This document shows positions 8,779 through 19,574 of a stretch of DNA of 64,000 nucleotides, in pieces (the first letter of the stretch is position 1; the number at the start of each line of letters is the position of its first letter). The position numbers and the translations under genes are program-made. The stretch is from Cyanobacteriota bacterium (GTDB taxonomy: Bacteria; Cyanobacteriota; Cyanobacteriia; Cyanobacteriales; Nostocaceae), in NCBI GenBank assembly GCA_046045965.1, contig JBJOKS010000010.1, positions 64,001-128,000 of the forward strand, given 5' to 3'. Below the pieces are notes generated by a model that searched no databases, was not told the DNA's origin, and worked only from the letters and a program-made list of their open reading frames with translations.

Positions 8779-8855
8779 GCAGATGGACGCAGATGAACAC
8801 AGATAACTTAATAAGTTATGATCTTACTATCTGCGTTTATCCGCGTTTATCTGCG
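8779..8855. repeat. CGCAGATGAA-type short repeats in inverted arrangement
   Basis: GCAGATGGACGCAGATGAACACAGAT ... ATCTGCGTTTATCCGCGTTTATCTGCG; tandem copies also at ~566-592. Confidence 0.65.
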
Positions 8856-8886
8856 TTGGAAATTATTTATTTTTCATCATTCCCTC

Positions 8887-9363
8887 ATGACTAACATACC
8901 CCAAACAGGACAACCAGCACCCGACTTTTCCACCCCAGACCAAAACGACAAACTTGTTAAAATATCTGAATTAAATCAGTGGATAGTCCTTTATTTCTAC
9001 CCCAAAGACGACACCCCTGGATGTACCACAGAAGCCAAAGATTTCACCGATTTATCATCACAATTTACCGATTTAGGTGCTAAAATCATTGGTGTTAGTC
9101 CAGATTCTAGTAAATCTCATTGCAAATTTATCGCCAAACACAACCTATCAATTACCCTATTAAGTGACCCCGAACATCAATTAATAGAAGCCTATGGTGC
9201 GTGGCGTTTAAAAAAGTTTATGGGTAAAGAATATATGGGAGTTGCACGTTCAACTTTCTTGATTTCACCTGATAAAATTATCGCCCATTCTTGGCCAAAT
9301 GTCAAAACAAAAGGTCATGCTCTAGCAGTATTAACAAAATTGCAAGAACTAGCCGCTAAATAA
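8887..9363 (+). CDS. bcp: Peroxiredoxin Q / BCP
   Basis: LYFYPKDDTPGCTTEA; start at MTNIP. Confidence 0.92.
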   Translation: MTNIPQTGQPAPDFSTPDQNDKLVKISELNQWIVLYFYPKDDTPGCTTEAKDFTDLSSQFTDLGAKIIGVSPDSSKSHCKFIAKHNLSITLLSDPEHQLIEAYGAWRLKKFMGKEYMGVARSTFLISPDKIIAHSWPNVKTKGHALAVLTKLQELAAK

Positions 9364-9543
9364 ACAGTTCGTAGTGAGAGATTTATCGCTCTCACCATGC
9401 TTTTATTAATTTATTTATAGTCATCTTATCGTTTATTTTCAAACTGTTAATTAATTTTAATTTTGTCTGATTAGGTAATGTTAATAAAATAACATAATCA
9501 TTGAGACATTATATAATAGAAATAGCATCTCTATGGTATAAAT

Positions 9544-10170
9544 ATGATACAATTTATCCAAGCACAAAATGTAAGTATTGCCTATTTAGAAGAAAGATTT
9601 GGTATACAACGAGTCAATAATGAAAAATTCTTTACTGAATGGTGGGGAAACTTGCCAGAAATTACAGATTTAGAAAAGCAATATCTAGACAGAATCAGGG
9701 AGCATTTCCTCAGATTGATTAAGCGTCCACCAATCTTAGAAAATGCTGTAAAAATGGTAGTGTTATCTCCTCTACTAGATTTAGCAGGATTTTATGAAGA
9801 CCCATTTTTATTTGCTACTGAAGAATCTATAGAACTAGCTATAGAAGATGAAGGAGAAATTATTAGAGGTAGAATTGATGCGTTAGTAATTCAAGAACAA
9901 TTTTGGTTACTGATAATTGAATCTAAAAGAGCTAGTTTTTCCTTGTTAGAAGCCATACCTCAAGCACTTACTTATATGCTTGCTAGTCCTCATCCAGAAA
10001 AGCCCATATTTGGATGTGTTACAAGTGGAGAAGATTTTCAATTTATCAAACTCATCAAGCAAGACACACCTACTTATGATTTGTCTGATAAATTTACTTT
10101 ATCTAAACGGGAAAACGAACTATATCAAGTTCTGAAAATCCTCAAAAAAATAGGTCAAATATTGAGTTAA
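9544..10170 (+). CDS. Stand-alone HSDR_N-like PD-(D/E)xK nuclease (type I restriction R N-terminal-like)
   Basis: GRIDALV..LIIESKR..QALTYM..TSGEDFQF; no methylase nearby. Confidence 0.7.
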   Translation: MIQFIQAQNVSIAYLEERFGIQRVNNEKFFTEWWGNLPEITDLEKQYLDRIREHFLRLIKRPPILENAVKMVVLSPLLDLAGFYEDPFLFATEESIELAIEDEGEIIRGRIDALVIQEQFWLLIIESKRASFSLLEAIPQALTYMLASPHPEKPIFGCVTSGEDFQFIKLIKQDTPTYDLSDKFTLSKRENELYQVLKILKKIGQILS

Positions 10171-10185
10171 TTGTTGAGTTAAATT

Positions 10186-11355
10186 ATGTCTAATCGTCCC
10201 ATCTACCTCGATTGTCACGCTACCACACCCATAGATGAACGGGTACTAAATGCCATGATTCCTTACTTTACCGAAAAGTTTGGTAATGCAGCTAGTATAA
10301 GTCATGTTTACGGTTGGGAATCAGAAGCAGCAGTTAAACAAACCAGGGAAATTTTAGCAACTTCTATTAACGCTAACCCGGAAGAAATTGTCTTTACCAG
10401 TGGTGCAACAGAAGCTAATAATTTAGCCATCAAAGGTGTAGCAGAAGCGTATTTTTCCAAAGGTCAACATATTGTTACAGTCGCCACCGAACACAAAGCA
10501 GTTTTAGACCCTTGTGAATATTTAAAAAGCATGGGTTTTGAAATTACCATTCTCCCAGTGCAAAAAGATGGATTAATTGATTTAGGACAATTAGAAAATT
10601 CTTTGCGTCATGATACAATTTTAGTATCAATCATGGCTGCCAATAATGAAATTGGTGTTTTACAACCATTAGCAGAAATCGGTCAAATTTGCCGGAAAAA
10701 AGAAATTATCTTGCATACAGATGCGGCTCAATCTATTGGTAAAATACCCTTAGATGTGCAAGCATTAAACATTGATTTAATGTCTTTAACTGCCCATAAA
10801 GTATACGGTCCCAAAGGTATTGGTGCTTTATATGTTCGCAGACGTAATCCCAAAGTGAAACTTGCTGCACAACAGCATGGTGGTGGTCATGAAAGAGGTA
10901 TGCGTTCAGGGACTTTATATACACCGCAAATAGTTGGTTTTGGTAAAGCGGTGGAAATTGCTTTAACAGAACAAGAAACAGAAAATCAACGGTTAATAGA
11001 ACTGAGAGAAAGACTGTGGAAACAGTTATCAAATTTGGAGGGAATTTATATTAATGGACATCCCCAAAAACGATTAGCAGGAAACTTAAATATTAGTGTG
11101 GAAGGTGTGGATGGTGCTGCACTTTCTTTAGGTTTACAACCAATAGTAGCAGTATCTTCTGGTTCTGCTTGTTCTTCCAATAATGTTGCACCTTCCTATG
11201 TACTTACAGCTTTAGGACATCCTGAAAAATTAGCTTATGCTTCTGTACGGTTTGGAATTGGGAGATTTAATACTATTGAAGAAATAGACCAAGTTGCAGA
11301 ACATTTCATTACTACTGTAAAAAGTTTAAGAAAATTATCAGTAGTCAGTTGTTAG
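10186..11355 (+). CDS. iscS: Cysteine desulfurase (IscS/NifS group I)
   Basis: YLDCHATTP, TSGATE, HKVYGPKG, SSGSACS. Confidence 0.92.
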   Translation: MSNRPIYLDCHATTPIDERVLNAMIPYFTEKFGNAASISHVYGWESEAAVKQTREILATSINANPEEIVFTSGATEANNLAIKGVAEAYFSKGQHIVTVATEHKAVLDPCEYLKSMGFEITILPVQKDGLIDLGQLENSLRHDTILVSIMAANNEIGVLQPLAEIGQICRKKEIILHTDAAQSIGKIPLDVQALNIDLMSLTAHKVYGPKGIGALYVRRRNPKVKLAAQQHGGGHERGMRSGTLYTPQIVGFGKAVEIALTEQETENQRLIELRERLWKQLSNLEGIYINGHPQKRLAGNLNISVEGVDGAALSLGLQPIVAVSSGSACSSNNVAPSYVLTALGHPEKLAYASVRFGIGRFNTIEEIDQVAEHFITTVKSLRKLSVVSC

Positions 11356-11411
11356 TAAATCTATAAACCCTACCCTTTACCTTATTTACCCCTTTCCCAG
11401 TCTCCAACTAC

Positions 11412-11518
11412 CTCGTTCCCAGTCTCCGACTGGGAATGCTTTTATAGAGTCTCTGACTCCACTTTTAAAGAAGTCAGAGTCTTCCAGAATTCATTCCGAT
11501 ACAGAGTATAGGAACGAG
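11412..11518. mobile_element. Short palindromic MITE-like element
   Basis: Terminal IR CTCGTTCC/GGAACGAG and internal hairpin TTCCCAGTCTCCGACTGGGAA, between convergent genes. Confidence 0.6.
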
Positions 11519-11551
11519 AAATTCAAAATCTAAAATCTCAAATCCCATGAC

Positions 11552-12598
11552 TCAATAAGGATCAGAATCAAATCTTCCCCGCTTCACACTTCTGAGATAA
11601 TAACCTTTGGACGGGATTTTATTTAAATCAAATGTTTCACCTCTAGGAACTCGCCAAATTTTATAGTCATAATACGTGAGAGGTTTACCAGGTTCACAAA
11701 CTTCTGGAGGATGATCTCCCACTACAAAATAAGCAGCACCCCTCCCCATCACCTTAGCAATACCGTTTTTATCCACAAGTAAAGATGTTTCTTCACTAAT
11801 AGCTATTCCTAACGCTGTTGCAGATACACCATCTTGAATTTGACGCGCAATAAAAACCATAATTCTCCCCATTCTTTTGCGTTCATCAAAATGGGTATCA
11901 ATAATCGTTCTTCGCAAATACTTCCACTGGAAAAAGTTATAGGTAAAGGTAATATTTCGATATGGGTCATCAAGTGCTTCTTTAGTTTCAATACTATCTT
12001 CACAAGCGCAAGAATCATAAACATATTCACTTTGAATCATTGCACCTGCACTTGTACCACCAATAGCCCCACCTTTATCATAAACTGATTTGATGGCAGC
12101 TTCTAACTTCGTGTTTTTCCAGTTGCGAATATATTCACATTGATCACCACCTGCAAAGAAAATGACACCCGCATTTCTGACTTTATCAAAAATCTCCGTT
12201 CTGTTCGCTTCCTGTCTGTTTCTGATGATCAACGTTTCTACATAATTCACCCCTTTCATATTATAAATTAGCTGATTATAATCATCGTTACCAGCAGCAC
12301 GAATGACAACAACATTAACTTTTCTGTCAGAGTTAGCACCTCCCCTAACTTGATTAATCATCCATTGAATTGCATCATCAACATCAGGACCACCCCCACC
12401 CAAATTATGTACAGGTCCAGCTAAGATGGGTATTTTATAATTGGGTTTCGGTAAGGTCGGACTAACATCGCTGTTGATTTTCTCAAAGTAGCGGTTTCGG
12501 TTTGCTGTAAAGTGGGATATGAGGAAGGTTCCCATCTTCAACAACATAGTTTTTGCTTTTCTCAAGCACTTGGCTATATTTGGGAATGCCTTGGTCAT
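11552..12598 (-). CDS. Cyanophycinase-like peptidase (family S51)
   Basis: FFAGGDQ, GGTSAGA nucleophile, IDTHF..RMGR; start uncertain. Confidence 0.85.
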   Translation of the reverse strand: MTKAFPNIAKCLRKAKTMLLKMGTFLISHFTANRNRYFEKINSDVSPTLPKPNYKIPILAGPVHNLGGGGPDVDDAIQWMINQVRGGANSDRKVNVVVIRAAGNDDYNQLIYNMKGVNYVETLIIRNRQEANRTEIFDKVRNAGVIFFAGGDQCEYIRNWKNTKLEAAIKSVYDKGGAIGGTSAGAMIQSEYVYDSCACEDSIETKEALDDPYRNITFTYNFFQWKYLRRTIIDTHFDERKRMGRIMVFIARQIQDGVSATALGIAISEETSLLVDKNGIAKVMGRGAAYFVVGDHPPEVCEPGKPLTYYDYKIWRVPRGETFDLNKIPSKGYYLRSVKRGRFDSDPY

Positions 12599-12763
12599 AC
12601 TCAGAAATGTGAAGCAAACAGCTATCATTGCTAACTCTCGCATTCCCAAGGGGTAAATTCCCAGCGTACAGCCTTTGTACTGTTTGTTAACGCCAAAAAA
12701 CGCAGAGTAATTAATTATTCTCTTCACTACTCTGCGAAAACCTCAGTTTTACTTGGTGTTGAA

Positions 12764-13951
12764 TTACCAATCAATTTGCGATCGCTCTTTTACCACTCTC
12801 TCATATACCGCTTCTGTTTTTTGCGCTAATTTTGTCCACCGAAACCGCCGTTCTAAATCTTGATATGCGTTATCTATCAACCATTGTCGATAACCGGGAT
12901 TTTTCAAAACTTCTAAAATTCCCCATGCTAAAGAATCAGAATTATTTACTTTAGTCACAATTCCTGTTTTCGTATGTTGTACTACTTCAGGAAAACCACA
13001 AGTATCTGAAACCACAACAGGAACTTTAGAAGCAAAACTTTCTAAAGCCACAATACCAAAAGGTTCATAAAGACTAGGAAAAACTGCACAGTCAGCCAGG
13101 GTTTGAAATTTATCCAGGTATTCATCAGATAGAAAACCAGTAAAATAGCATTTATTCCAAATTCCTAAATCCCAAGCTTGCTGTTTCAGATGGTCAGTAT
13201 TACCACCACCAATTATTACAAATTTAACGTAACCTCCCATTTCCCAAAGCACCTTGGGAGCAGCATTCAGCAATACAGGTACACCTTTTTCATACGTCAT
13301 CCTTCCCAAGTAATAAACAATTTTTTCATGATCTGCGGCAAATTGGCGACGAAAATCCTCCGCATGAAAATCTCGGTGATGCTGCTTTTTTTCTGGACGA
13401 ATACCGTTAAAAATCACGTCGATTTTATCATCAGGACTATGTAAAGTTGTCGCTACTTCTGAGCGCATATATTCAGTACAAACAATGATGCGCCAAGCGT
13501 TATAAGCTAGTAACTTTTCTTTGCCATAAATGTAGTTTTGGGTGTCATTGTGAATACCGTTATAGCGCCCGTGTTCTGTGGCATGAATGGTAGCAATTAG
13601 GGGGATTTTAAAAGTATGCTTGAGAGCGATCGCTGCATCACCAACTAACCAATCATGTGCATGAATAATATCAAAGGGTCCCTCCTCCAAAATCAACTTC
13701 CCACCGTGATCTCCCATACTCTCATTTAAATTCACTACCCAATGAAAAAAATCATGACTATGGGCTACTGGTACTCGATGAACATGAATACCTTCAACTA
13801 CTTCATACAATGATGCTTGTTTTACTTCTGGTGTAATTAAATGGATATCATGTCCTAATTTGACAAGTTCAGGGTATAATTCTGCTACATGACGGGCAAT
13901 TCCTCCTACTATTCTCGGTGGAAATTCCCAACTTAGTACCAGTATCTTCAT
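12764..13951 (-). CDS. Glycosyltransferase family 4
   Basis: WEFPPRIVGG, HAHDW, PSLYEPFGIVALE. Confidence 0.92.
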   Translation of the reverse strand: MKILVLSWEFPPRIVGGIARHVAELYPELVKLGHDIHLITPEVKQASLYEVVEGIHVHRVPVAHSHDFFHWVVNLNESMGDHGGKLILEEGPFDIIHAHDWLVGDAAIALKHTFKIPLIATIHATEHGRYNGIHNDTQNYIYGKEKLLAYNAWRIIVCTEYMRSEVATTLHSPDDKIDVIFNGIRPEKKQHHRDFHAEDFRRQFAADHEKIVYYLGRMTYEKGVPVLLNAAPKVLWEMGGYVKFVIIGGGNTDHLKQQAWDLGIWNKCYFTGFLSDEYLDKFQTLADCAVFPSLYEPFGIVALESFASKVPVVVSDTCGFPEVVQHTKTGIVTKVNNSDSLAWGILEVLKNPGYRQWLIDNAYQDLERRFRWTKLAQKTEAVYERVVKERSQIDW

Positions 13952-14327
13952 TGATTCGACTCCCCGATGATTTACAAAAATTTAAAAAACTAGAAAAAAC
14001 TACATTTATCTCAAAATACGAAGTGTGACAATTACTGCGAGTATTCCTAGTAAAATTTTTATTTTTTTTAATAACTACTTTTTTGATAAAGCTTATCATA
14101 TTGATTTGCAATTTATGCCACATAAAAAACCCGATTTCATCAAAAAACCAGGTTGATCAAGCTTTTAAATTTGCAAACATCTAGGGAACAGGGAACAGGG
14201 AACAGGGAACAGAAAAGAGGAAAGGGAGGAGGGAACAGGGAACAGGGAACAGTGAATATTTATCTTTCTTCTACCTCCTGCCTTCTACCTCCTGCCTCCT
14301 GCCTTCTGCCTCCTGTCACCTTCCACA

Positions 14328-16139
14328 CTAATTTTGATCTAACCGCAACACAGCCATAAAAGCTTCCTGTGGTACATCCACCGTACCTACAGCTTTCATC
14401 CGCTTTTTACCCTTGGCTTGCTTCTGCAAAAGTTTCTTCTTCCGGCTGATGTCCCCACCGTAGCACTTAGCAAGTACATCTTTCCGCATAGCCGGGATAT
14501 GTTCACTGGCAATAACTTTACTACCAATAGCTGCCTGAATGGGAACTTTAAATTGATGACGTGGTATAAGTTCTTTGAGCTTTTCAGCCATTGCTCTGCC
14601 AACATTGTAGGCTTTATCTCTATGCACAATCATCGCTAAAGAATCTACCGGATCACCATTAATCATGATATCCAACTTCACCAAATGATTCTCACGGTAG
14701 CCAATCATATGATATTCCATACTGGCATAACCACGCGATCGCGATTTCATTTGGTCAAAAAAGTCTGTCACAACTTCTGCCAAAGGTAACTCATAAGTCA
14801 GTGTCGTCCGTCCTTGGGTGAGATATTTCATATCTTTGAAAATACCCCGGCGGTTTTGTGACAACTCCATCAAAGTACCAACATAGGTTTCTGGAGTAAT
14901 CATTTCTACTTTGACATAGGGTTCCTCTATTCTTTCTCGTTCATTGGGAGCAGGTAAGCGGCTAGGATTATCAATGTACACCTCCTCACCCTTAACGGTG
15001 ATCACCTTATAAACCACAGATGGGGCTGTGATAATTAAATCTAGGTTATACTCACGCTCCAAGCGTTCTTGGACAATTTCCATGTGCAGCAAACCCAAGA
15101 ACCCGCACCGGAAACCAAAACCCATCGCGCTAGAAGTTTCCGGTTCGTAATGCAGAGCTGCATCATTGAGTTCGAGTTTTTCTAAAGCTTCCCGCAAATC
15201 TTCAAATTGATCCGCATCAATGGGGAACATCCCACAAAAAACCATTGGGTTGGCTTCTGTGTAACCCGGTAAAGCTTCTGTAGCTTTGGCTTTAGCTAAA
15301 GTGATAGTGTCTCCTACCCGTGCGTCAGCTACAGCCCTAATAGATGCGGCTAAATAGCCCACTTCCCCAGCGTGTAGTTCTTCAACTTGCTTTTGGTTGG
15401 GAGAAAGAACCCCTAACTCGTCAATATCATATTCTTTACCAGATGCCATCAAATGGATGCGATCGCCCTTCCTCACACTACCATCCATCACCCGAAAGTA
15501 AACAATTACGCCCCGGTAACTATCATAGTAACTATCAAAAATCAATGCCCGTAAACTTTCATTGACTGTGTTAGCAGCTGGGGGTACTCGCTCAACAATT
15601 GCTTCTAAAATTTCAGGAACACCAATTCCCTCTTTAGCAGAAGCTAAAATTGCCCCACTACAATCTAAACCAATAATTTCTTCAATTTCACCAATTACCC
15701 TGTCAGGTTCTGCTCCTGGCAAGTCGATTTTATTCAAAACTGGGATAATTTCGAGATTATGCTCCAGCGCCAAATAGACATTGGCCAAAGTTTGTGCTTC
15801 TACACCTTGGGAAGCATCCACTACCAACAAAGCACCTTCACAAGCAGCTAGAGAACGCGACACTTCATAGGAAAAGTCCACGTGTCCAGGAGTATCAATG
15901 AGGTTAAGAACGTACTGCTGACCATCCTTGGCAGTATAGTTCATCCGGGCAGCTTGCAGCTTAATTGTAATGCCGCGCTCCCGTTCCAGATCCATATTAT
16001 CGAGAAACTGCTCCTTCATCTGTCGATTTTCTACAGTCCCAGTGGTTTGTAGGAGCCGATCAGCGAGAGTAGATTTCCCGTGGTCAATGTGAGCAATAAT
16101 ACAAAAGTTGCGAATGCGAACTGCGGGAACGTCAGTCAT
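14328..16139 (-). CDS. lepA: Elongation factor 4
   Basis: [26 protein letters not shown]. Confidence 0.98.
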   Translation of the reverse strand: MTDVPAVRIRNFCIIAHIDHGKSTLADRLLQTTGTVENRQMKEQFLDNMDLERERGITIKLQAARMNYTAKDGQQYVLNLIDTPGHVDFSYEVSRSLAACEGALLVVDASQGVEAQTLANVYLALEHNLEIIPVLNKIDLPGAEPDRVIGEIEEIIGLDCSGAILASAKEGIGVPEILEAIVERVPPAANTVNESLRALIFDSYYDSYRGVIVYFRVMDGSVRKGDRIHLMASGKEYDIDELGVLSPNQKQVEELHAGEVGYLAASIRAVADARVGDTITLAKAKATEALPGYTEANPMVFCGMFPIDADQFEDLREALEKLELNDAALHYEPETSSAMGFGFRCGFLGLLHMEIVQERLEREYNLDLIITAPSVVYKVITVKGEEVYIDNPSRLPAPNERERIEEPYVKVEMITPETYVGTLMELSQNRRGIFKDMKYLTQGRTTLTYELPLAEVVTDFFDQMKSRSRGYASMEYHMIGYRENHLVKLDIMINGDPVDSLAMIVHRDKAYNVGRAMAEKLKELIPRHQFKVPIQAAIGSKVIASEHIPAMRKDVLAKCYGGDISRKKKLLQKQAKGKKRMKAVGTVDVPQEAFMAVLRLDQN

Positions 16140-16478
16140 ATACTATCTTTGCTTAAAGCAAACCAAAAGTTAAATCTATTTACTTCATGTATTTTAATGC
16201 TTTATTGGGTAATGGGAACAGGGAACAGGGAACAGGAGGCAGGAGGCAGAAGGCAGGAGGCAGGAGGCAGGAGGCAGAAGGCAGGAAGTCATATATTATT
16301 CTCCCCATCTCCCCATCTCCCCATCTCCCCATCTCCCCATTTCCCCTGCCTCCCCTGCTTCTTCCCCAGTCCCCAGATAGGTGAATTCTTTTTCAGGATA
16401 TGATGACACTGTATATTAAAACTGCCACTTAAAAACTGTCCATCTGAGTTTGGTAATTTTTTGGGAAACTATAAACCT

Positions 16479-16715
16479 ATGAATATGCAAGATAAACCTA
16501 CCGATGCGGAAAAAATACACGCTGACAAGATAGAAATAGCGGTTCGCCTAGACTCTGAGTTAATAGCCCAAATTCAGCACCTGACTAATGACCCCAGTAA
16601 GGTGATAGAAGTCGCTATCCGCCAATGGTTGCGCGGCGATGTGCCGAGAGATGATGAACTAACTCGTACACCAATACGCACACCTATTCCCCCCAGAGGA
16701 GAATGGAATGACTAA
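16479..16715 (+). CDS. Small hypothetical protein, possible ribbon-helix-helix fold
   Basis: IEIAVRLDSELIAQI...SKVIEVAIRQWL. Confidence 0.6.
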   Translation: MNMQDKPTDAEKIHADKIEIAVRLDSELIAQIQHLTNDPSKVIEVAIRQWLRGDVPRDDELTRTPIRTPIPPRGEWND

Positions 16716-16719
16716 GATG

Positions 16720-17039
16720 AGCAGGGGAAGCAGGGGGAGCAGGGGGAGATGGGGAGATGGGGAGATGGGGAGATGGGGAGAATAATATATTACTTCCTGC
16801 CTTCTGCCTCCTGCCTTCTGCCTTCTGCCTTCTGCCTTCTGCCTCCTGCCTTCTGCCTCCTGCCTTCTGCCTCCTGCCTTCTGCCTCCTGCCTTCTGCCT
16901 CCTGCCTTCTGCCTCCTGCCTCCTGCCTCCTGCCTCCTGCCTTCTGCTTCCTGCCTTCTGCTTCCTGCCTCCTGCCTCCTGCCTTCTGCTTCCTGCCTCC
17001 TGCCTCCTGCCTCCTGCCTCCTGCCTCCTGCCTCCTGCT
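16720..17039. repeat. Compound STRR; about 34 heptamers CTGCCT(C/T)/CTGCTTC at ~16798-17038
   Basis: Tandem heptamers preceded by GGGGAGAT octamers; similar tracts at 14182-14315, 16214-16375, 32281-32395, 39775-39883. Confidence 0.95.
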
Positions 17040-17190
17040 AATGATAAAAAATGTAAACTTTAATGCTCTAGATTCCAGAAAAGTCAAAAATACACAATCG
17101 AAAGTGTGAAAGCTGTAAAACTTTATGCCAAAATTTAAGCAGCTTTAGTACAACCACGGTGGAAAGCAATTTGTCTATCCAACTCGATTA

Positions 17191-18975
17191 ATGACTATTA
17201 CTGCGAATACCCAATTGCCAAATTTATTTTCTCAGAACCTGGAATCTATTAACCGCAGTACAGATGGCTTGTTACCAACTCTCTGCTCTGAGTTGGTATA
17301 TACCCAAGATGGAAACGGTCGCTATTTGACATTTGATTGGCAGTATAGCGAACTCCTGGATTTGGGGACTGAGACAATAGTTGATGCGCTGAATGAAAAA
17401 GAAGCTTTTACTCCGGTAGATAAAGTAGCCTATTTGGAACGTTTACACCGAATTCTCACAACTTTAGTCCCCGAGAGAGTTCAGTGCTGGTTTAAATGCA
17501 GTCAGCATTTATTAGAGTTGGAGTTGACAATTACTCCGATTATGCCGAGATTAGGTCAAGCCGCGACCACAGTTTTGGTGATGGGTCGGTTGTTACCATC
17601 TCAAGTCAATGGCAAAGAAGTGAATGAGGCAGCAAAAAATCCTTCACAACTTGAGTTAGCTTTGCATTCCCGTAGCGTGCCGCAAGTATCGCTACGATAC
17701 CAAAAACTATTAAACAAAATCACCAGAAATATCCGGCGGACTCTAGACTTAGACATTATTTGGCAGCAAACAGTTGACAGTTTAGGAAAAATTCTCACAC
17801 TAGAGCGTTGTATTATCTGTCCTTATCAGCCAGGATTGGCAAAAGTTCAGGTAATTGCAGAATATCACCAACAAGAATTGGAACCACTGCTAGGCTCAGA
17901 AATAGAGATATCCTCTGAACCTGCCTTTGCTCAGGCTTTGGAAACTCTGGAACCGATGGTTATAGAGTTGCCTATCCAAAAAAATCAAGAGCCGCAAAAA
18001 TTATTGTTGGTTGCTACTAGCTATAAAGACCAAGCAAATGGTTTAGTTGCCTTGAGCTTAAGTAATGAATATCAATTATTGTCAGAAACGGAACTAGAAT
18101 TAACTAAAGAGTTAGCAGATCAGTTGGGAACAGCGATCGCTCATGCTACCTTATACAAAGAACTAGAAGACGCACGACAAAAAGCTGAAGAAGCCTCCCG
18201 CCTCAAAAGCGAATTTCTCGCCAACGTATCTCACGAAATTCGTACTCCTCTAAACGGTATGATTGGCTTCTTAAAGCTGATTCTAGAAGGGATGGCAGAT
18301 GATCCCGAAGAACAACATCAATTTGTCACTGAAGCTCATCAATTATCAATCCATCTGCTCAATATACTTAATGACATCTTAGATATTGCCAAAATCGAAG
18401 CTGGTAAAATGGAACTAGACTGCTCACCTGTCAAACTCAATGAGCTATTTAGTGATGTAGAGAACTTTACCCGCGCCCAAGCGGAAATGAGAAACCTCAG
18501 CCTACAGATGCAAATGCCTGTCACCTCCGATGAAATTATCGTCCAAGGTAATTACCAACGGTTGTTACAAGTTATGCTCAATTTGGTTGGCAATGCCATT
18601 AAATTCACCCATGAAGGTGGAGTTACCATCAGCGCCGATTTAGTTCTGAAAAAAAGCAAAGGCAAGTCTAGTAAACCACAAGCACCGGGCATGGTAAAAG
18701 TGCGAGTCGCAGATACTGGTATTGGTGTTTCCTTAGACAAACAAGATAAACTTTTTCAATTATTCTCTCAGGTGGATGGTTCCCGTACTCGTCATTACGG
18801 TGGCACCGGTTTAGGATTAACCATATCCCAAAAACTCATAGAAGCAATGGGTGGTGAGGTCCATTTCTACAGTTTAGGCGAAGGACTTGGTTCAACAGTC
18901 ACCTTCACTGTCCCACTGTATCAACAACCGGTGCTGTGTTCCCCTAGCGAGTGTGAGATAGAATCTCAAAATTGA
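17191..18975 (+). CDS. GAF-domain sensor histidine kinase
   Basis: GAF (IRRTLDLDIIWQQTV), H-box FLANVSHEIRTPLN, NAIKFT, DTGIG, GTGLGL. Confidence 0.92.
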   Translation: MTITANTQLPNLFSQNLESINRSTDGLLPTLCSELVYTQDGNGRYLTFDWQYSELLDLGTETIVDALNEKEAFTPVDKVAYLERLHRILTTLVPERVQCWFKCSQHLLELELTITPIMPRLGQAATTVLVMGRLLPSQVNGKEVNEAAKNPSQLELALHSRSVPQVSLRYQKLLNKITRNIRRTLDLDIIWQQTVDSLGKILTLERCIICPYQPGLAKVQVIAEYHQQELEPLLGSEIEISSEPAFAQALETLEPMVIELPIQKNQEPQKLLLVATSYKDQANGLVALSLSNEYQLLSETELELTKELADQLGTAIAHATLYKELEDARQKAEEASRLKSEFLANVSHEIRTPLNGMIGFLKLILEGMADDPEEQHQFVTEAHQLSIHLLNILNDILDIAKIEAGKMELDCSPVKLNELFSDVENFTRAQAEMRNLSLQMQMPVTSDEIIVQGNYQRLLQVMLNLVGNAIKFTHEGGVTISADLVLKKSKGKSSKPQAPGMVKVRVADTGIGVSLDKQDKLFQLFSQVDGSRTRHYGGTGLGLTISQKLIEAMGGEVHFYSLGEGLGSTVTFTVPLYQQPVLCSPSECEIESQN

Positions 18976-19161
18976 TTAAAAGGGAATAGGGAATAGGGAA
19001 TAGGGAACAGGGAACAGTTAAAGAATTTTCTCCCCATCTCCCCATCTCCCCATCTCCCCTGCCTCCCCTATCCTCCCTGCTTCCTGTTATATTTTGGGAA
19101 ATGGGTAAGCATCCTCAATTCCCATTTTCAAAGCCATCCTTAACTAAGCAGGTCTAAAACT

Positions 19162-19401
19162 ATGGCAACTATGGAACTGACAACTGAAAACGTTGAAACT
19201 GTATTAGATGAAATGCGCCCTTATCTAATGTCTGATGGGGGTAATGTGGAACTTGTAGAACTTGATGGACCTATTGTGAAATTGCGTTTACAAGGTGCTT
19301 GTGGTTCTTGTCCCAGTTCACAAATGACTTTGAGAATGGGTATTGAACGCCGTCTCAAGGAAATGATCCCCGAAATTGCTGAAATTGAACAAGTAGTTTA
19401 G
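19162..19401 (+). CDS. nfuA: NifU/Nfu Fe-S carrier protein
   Basis: [20 protein letters not shown]. Confidence 0.9.
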   Translation: MATMELTTENVETVLDEMRPYLMSDGGNVELVELDGPIVKLRLQGACGSCPSSQMTLRMGIERRLKEMIPEIAEIEQVV

Positions 19402-19574
19402 GGACCTGGGGACTGGGGACTGGGAACTGGGGACTGGGAACTGGGGACTGGGGACTAGGGACTGGGGAAGTATTTTTCCCAACCACCAATTACCCATTAC
19501 CAATTACCCATTACCAATTACTATCATTCATAATTCAAGATTATTAGCAAATCCCGAATAACTTATCACTCCTC

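Noticed and set aside
16080..17087. ORFs reading RRQEAGG / LLPPASC (also 14153-14359, 19318-19503, 23627-23845, 32276-32533)
   Set aside because: Translations of stop-free heptamer STRR tracts, not credible genes
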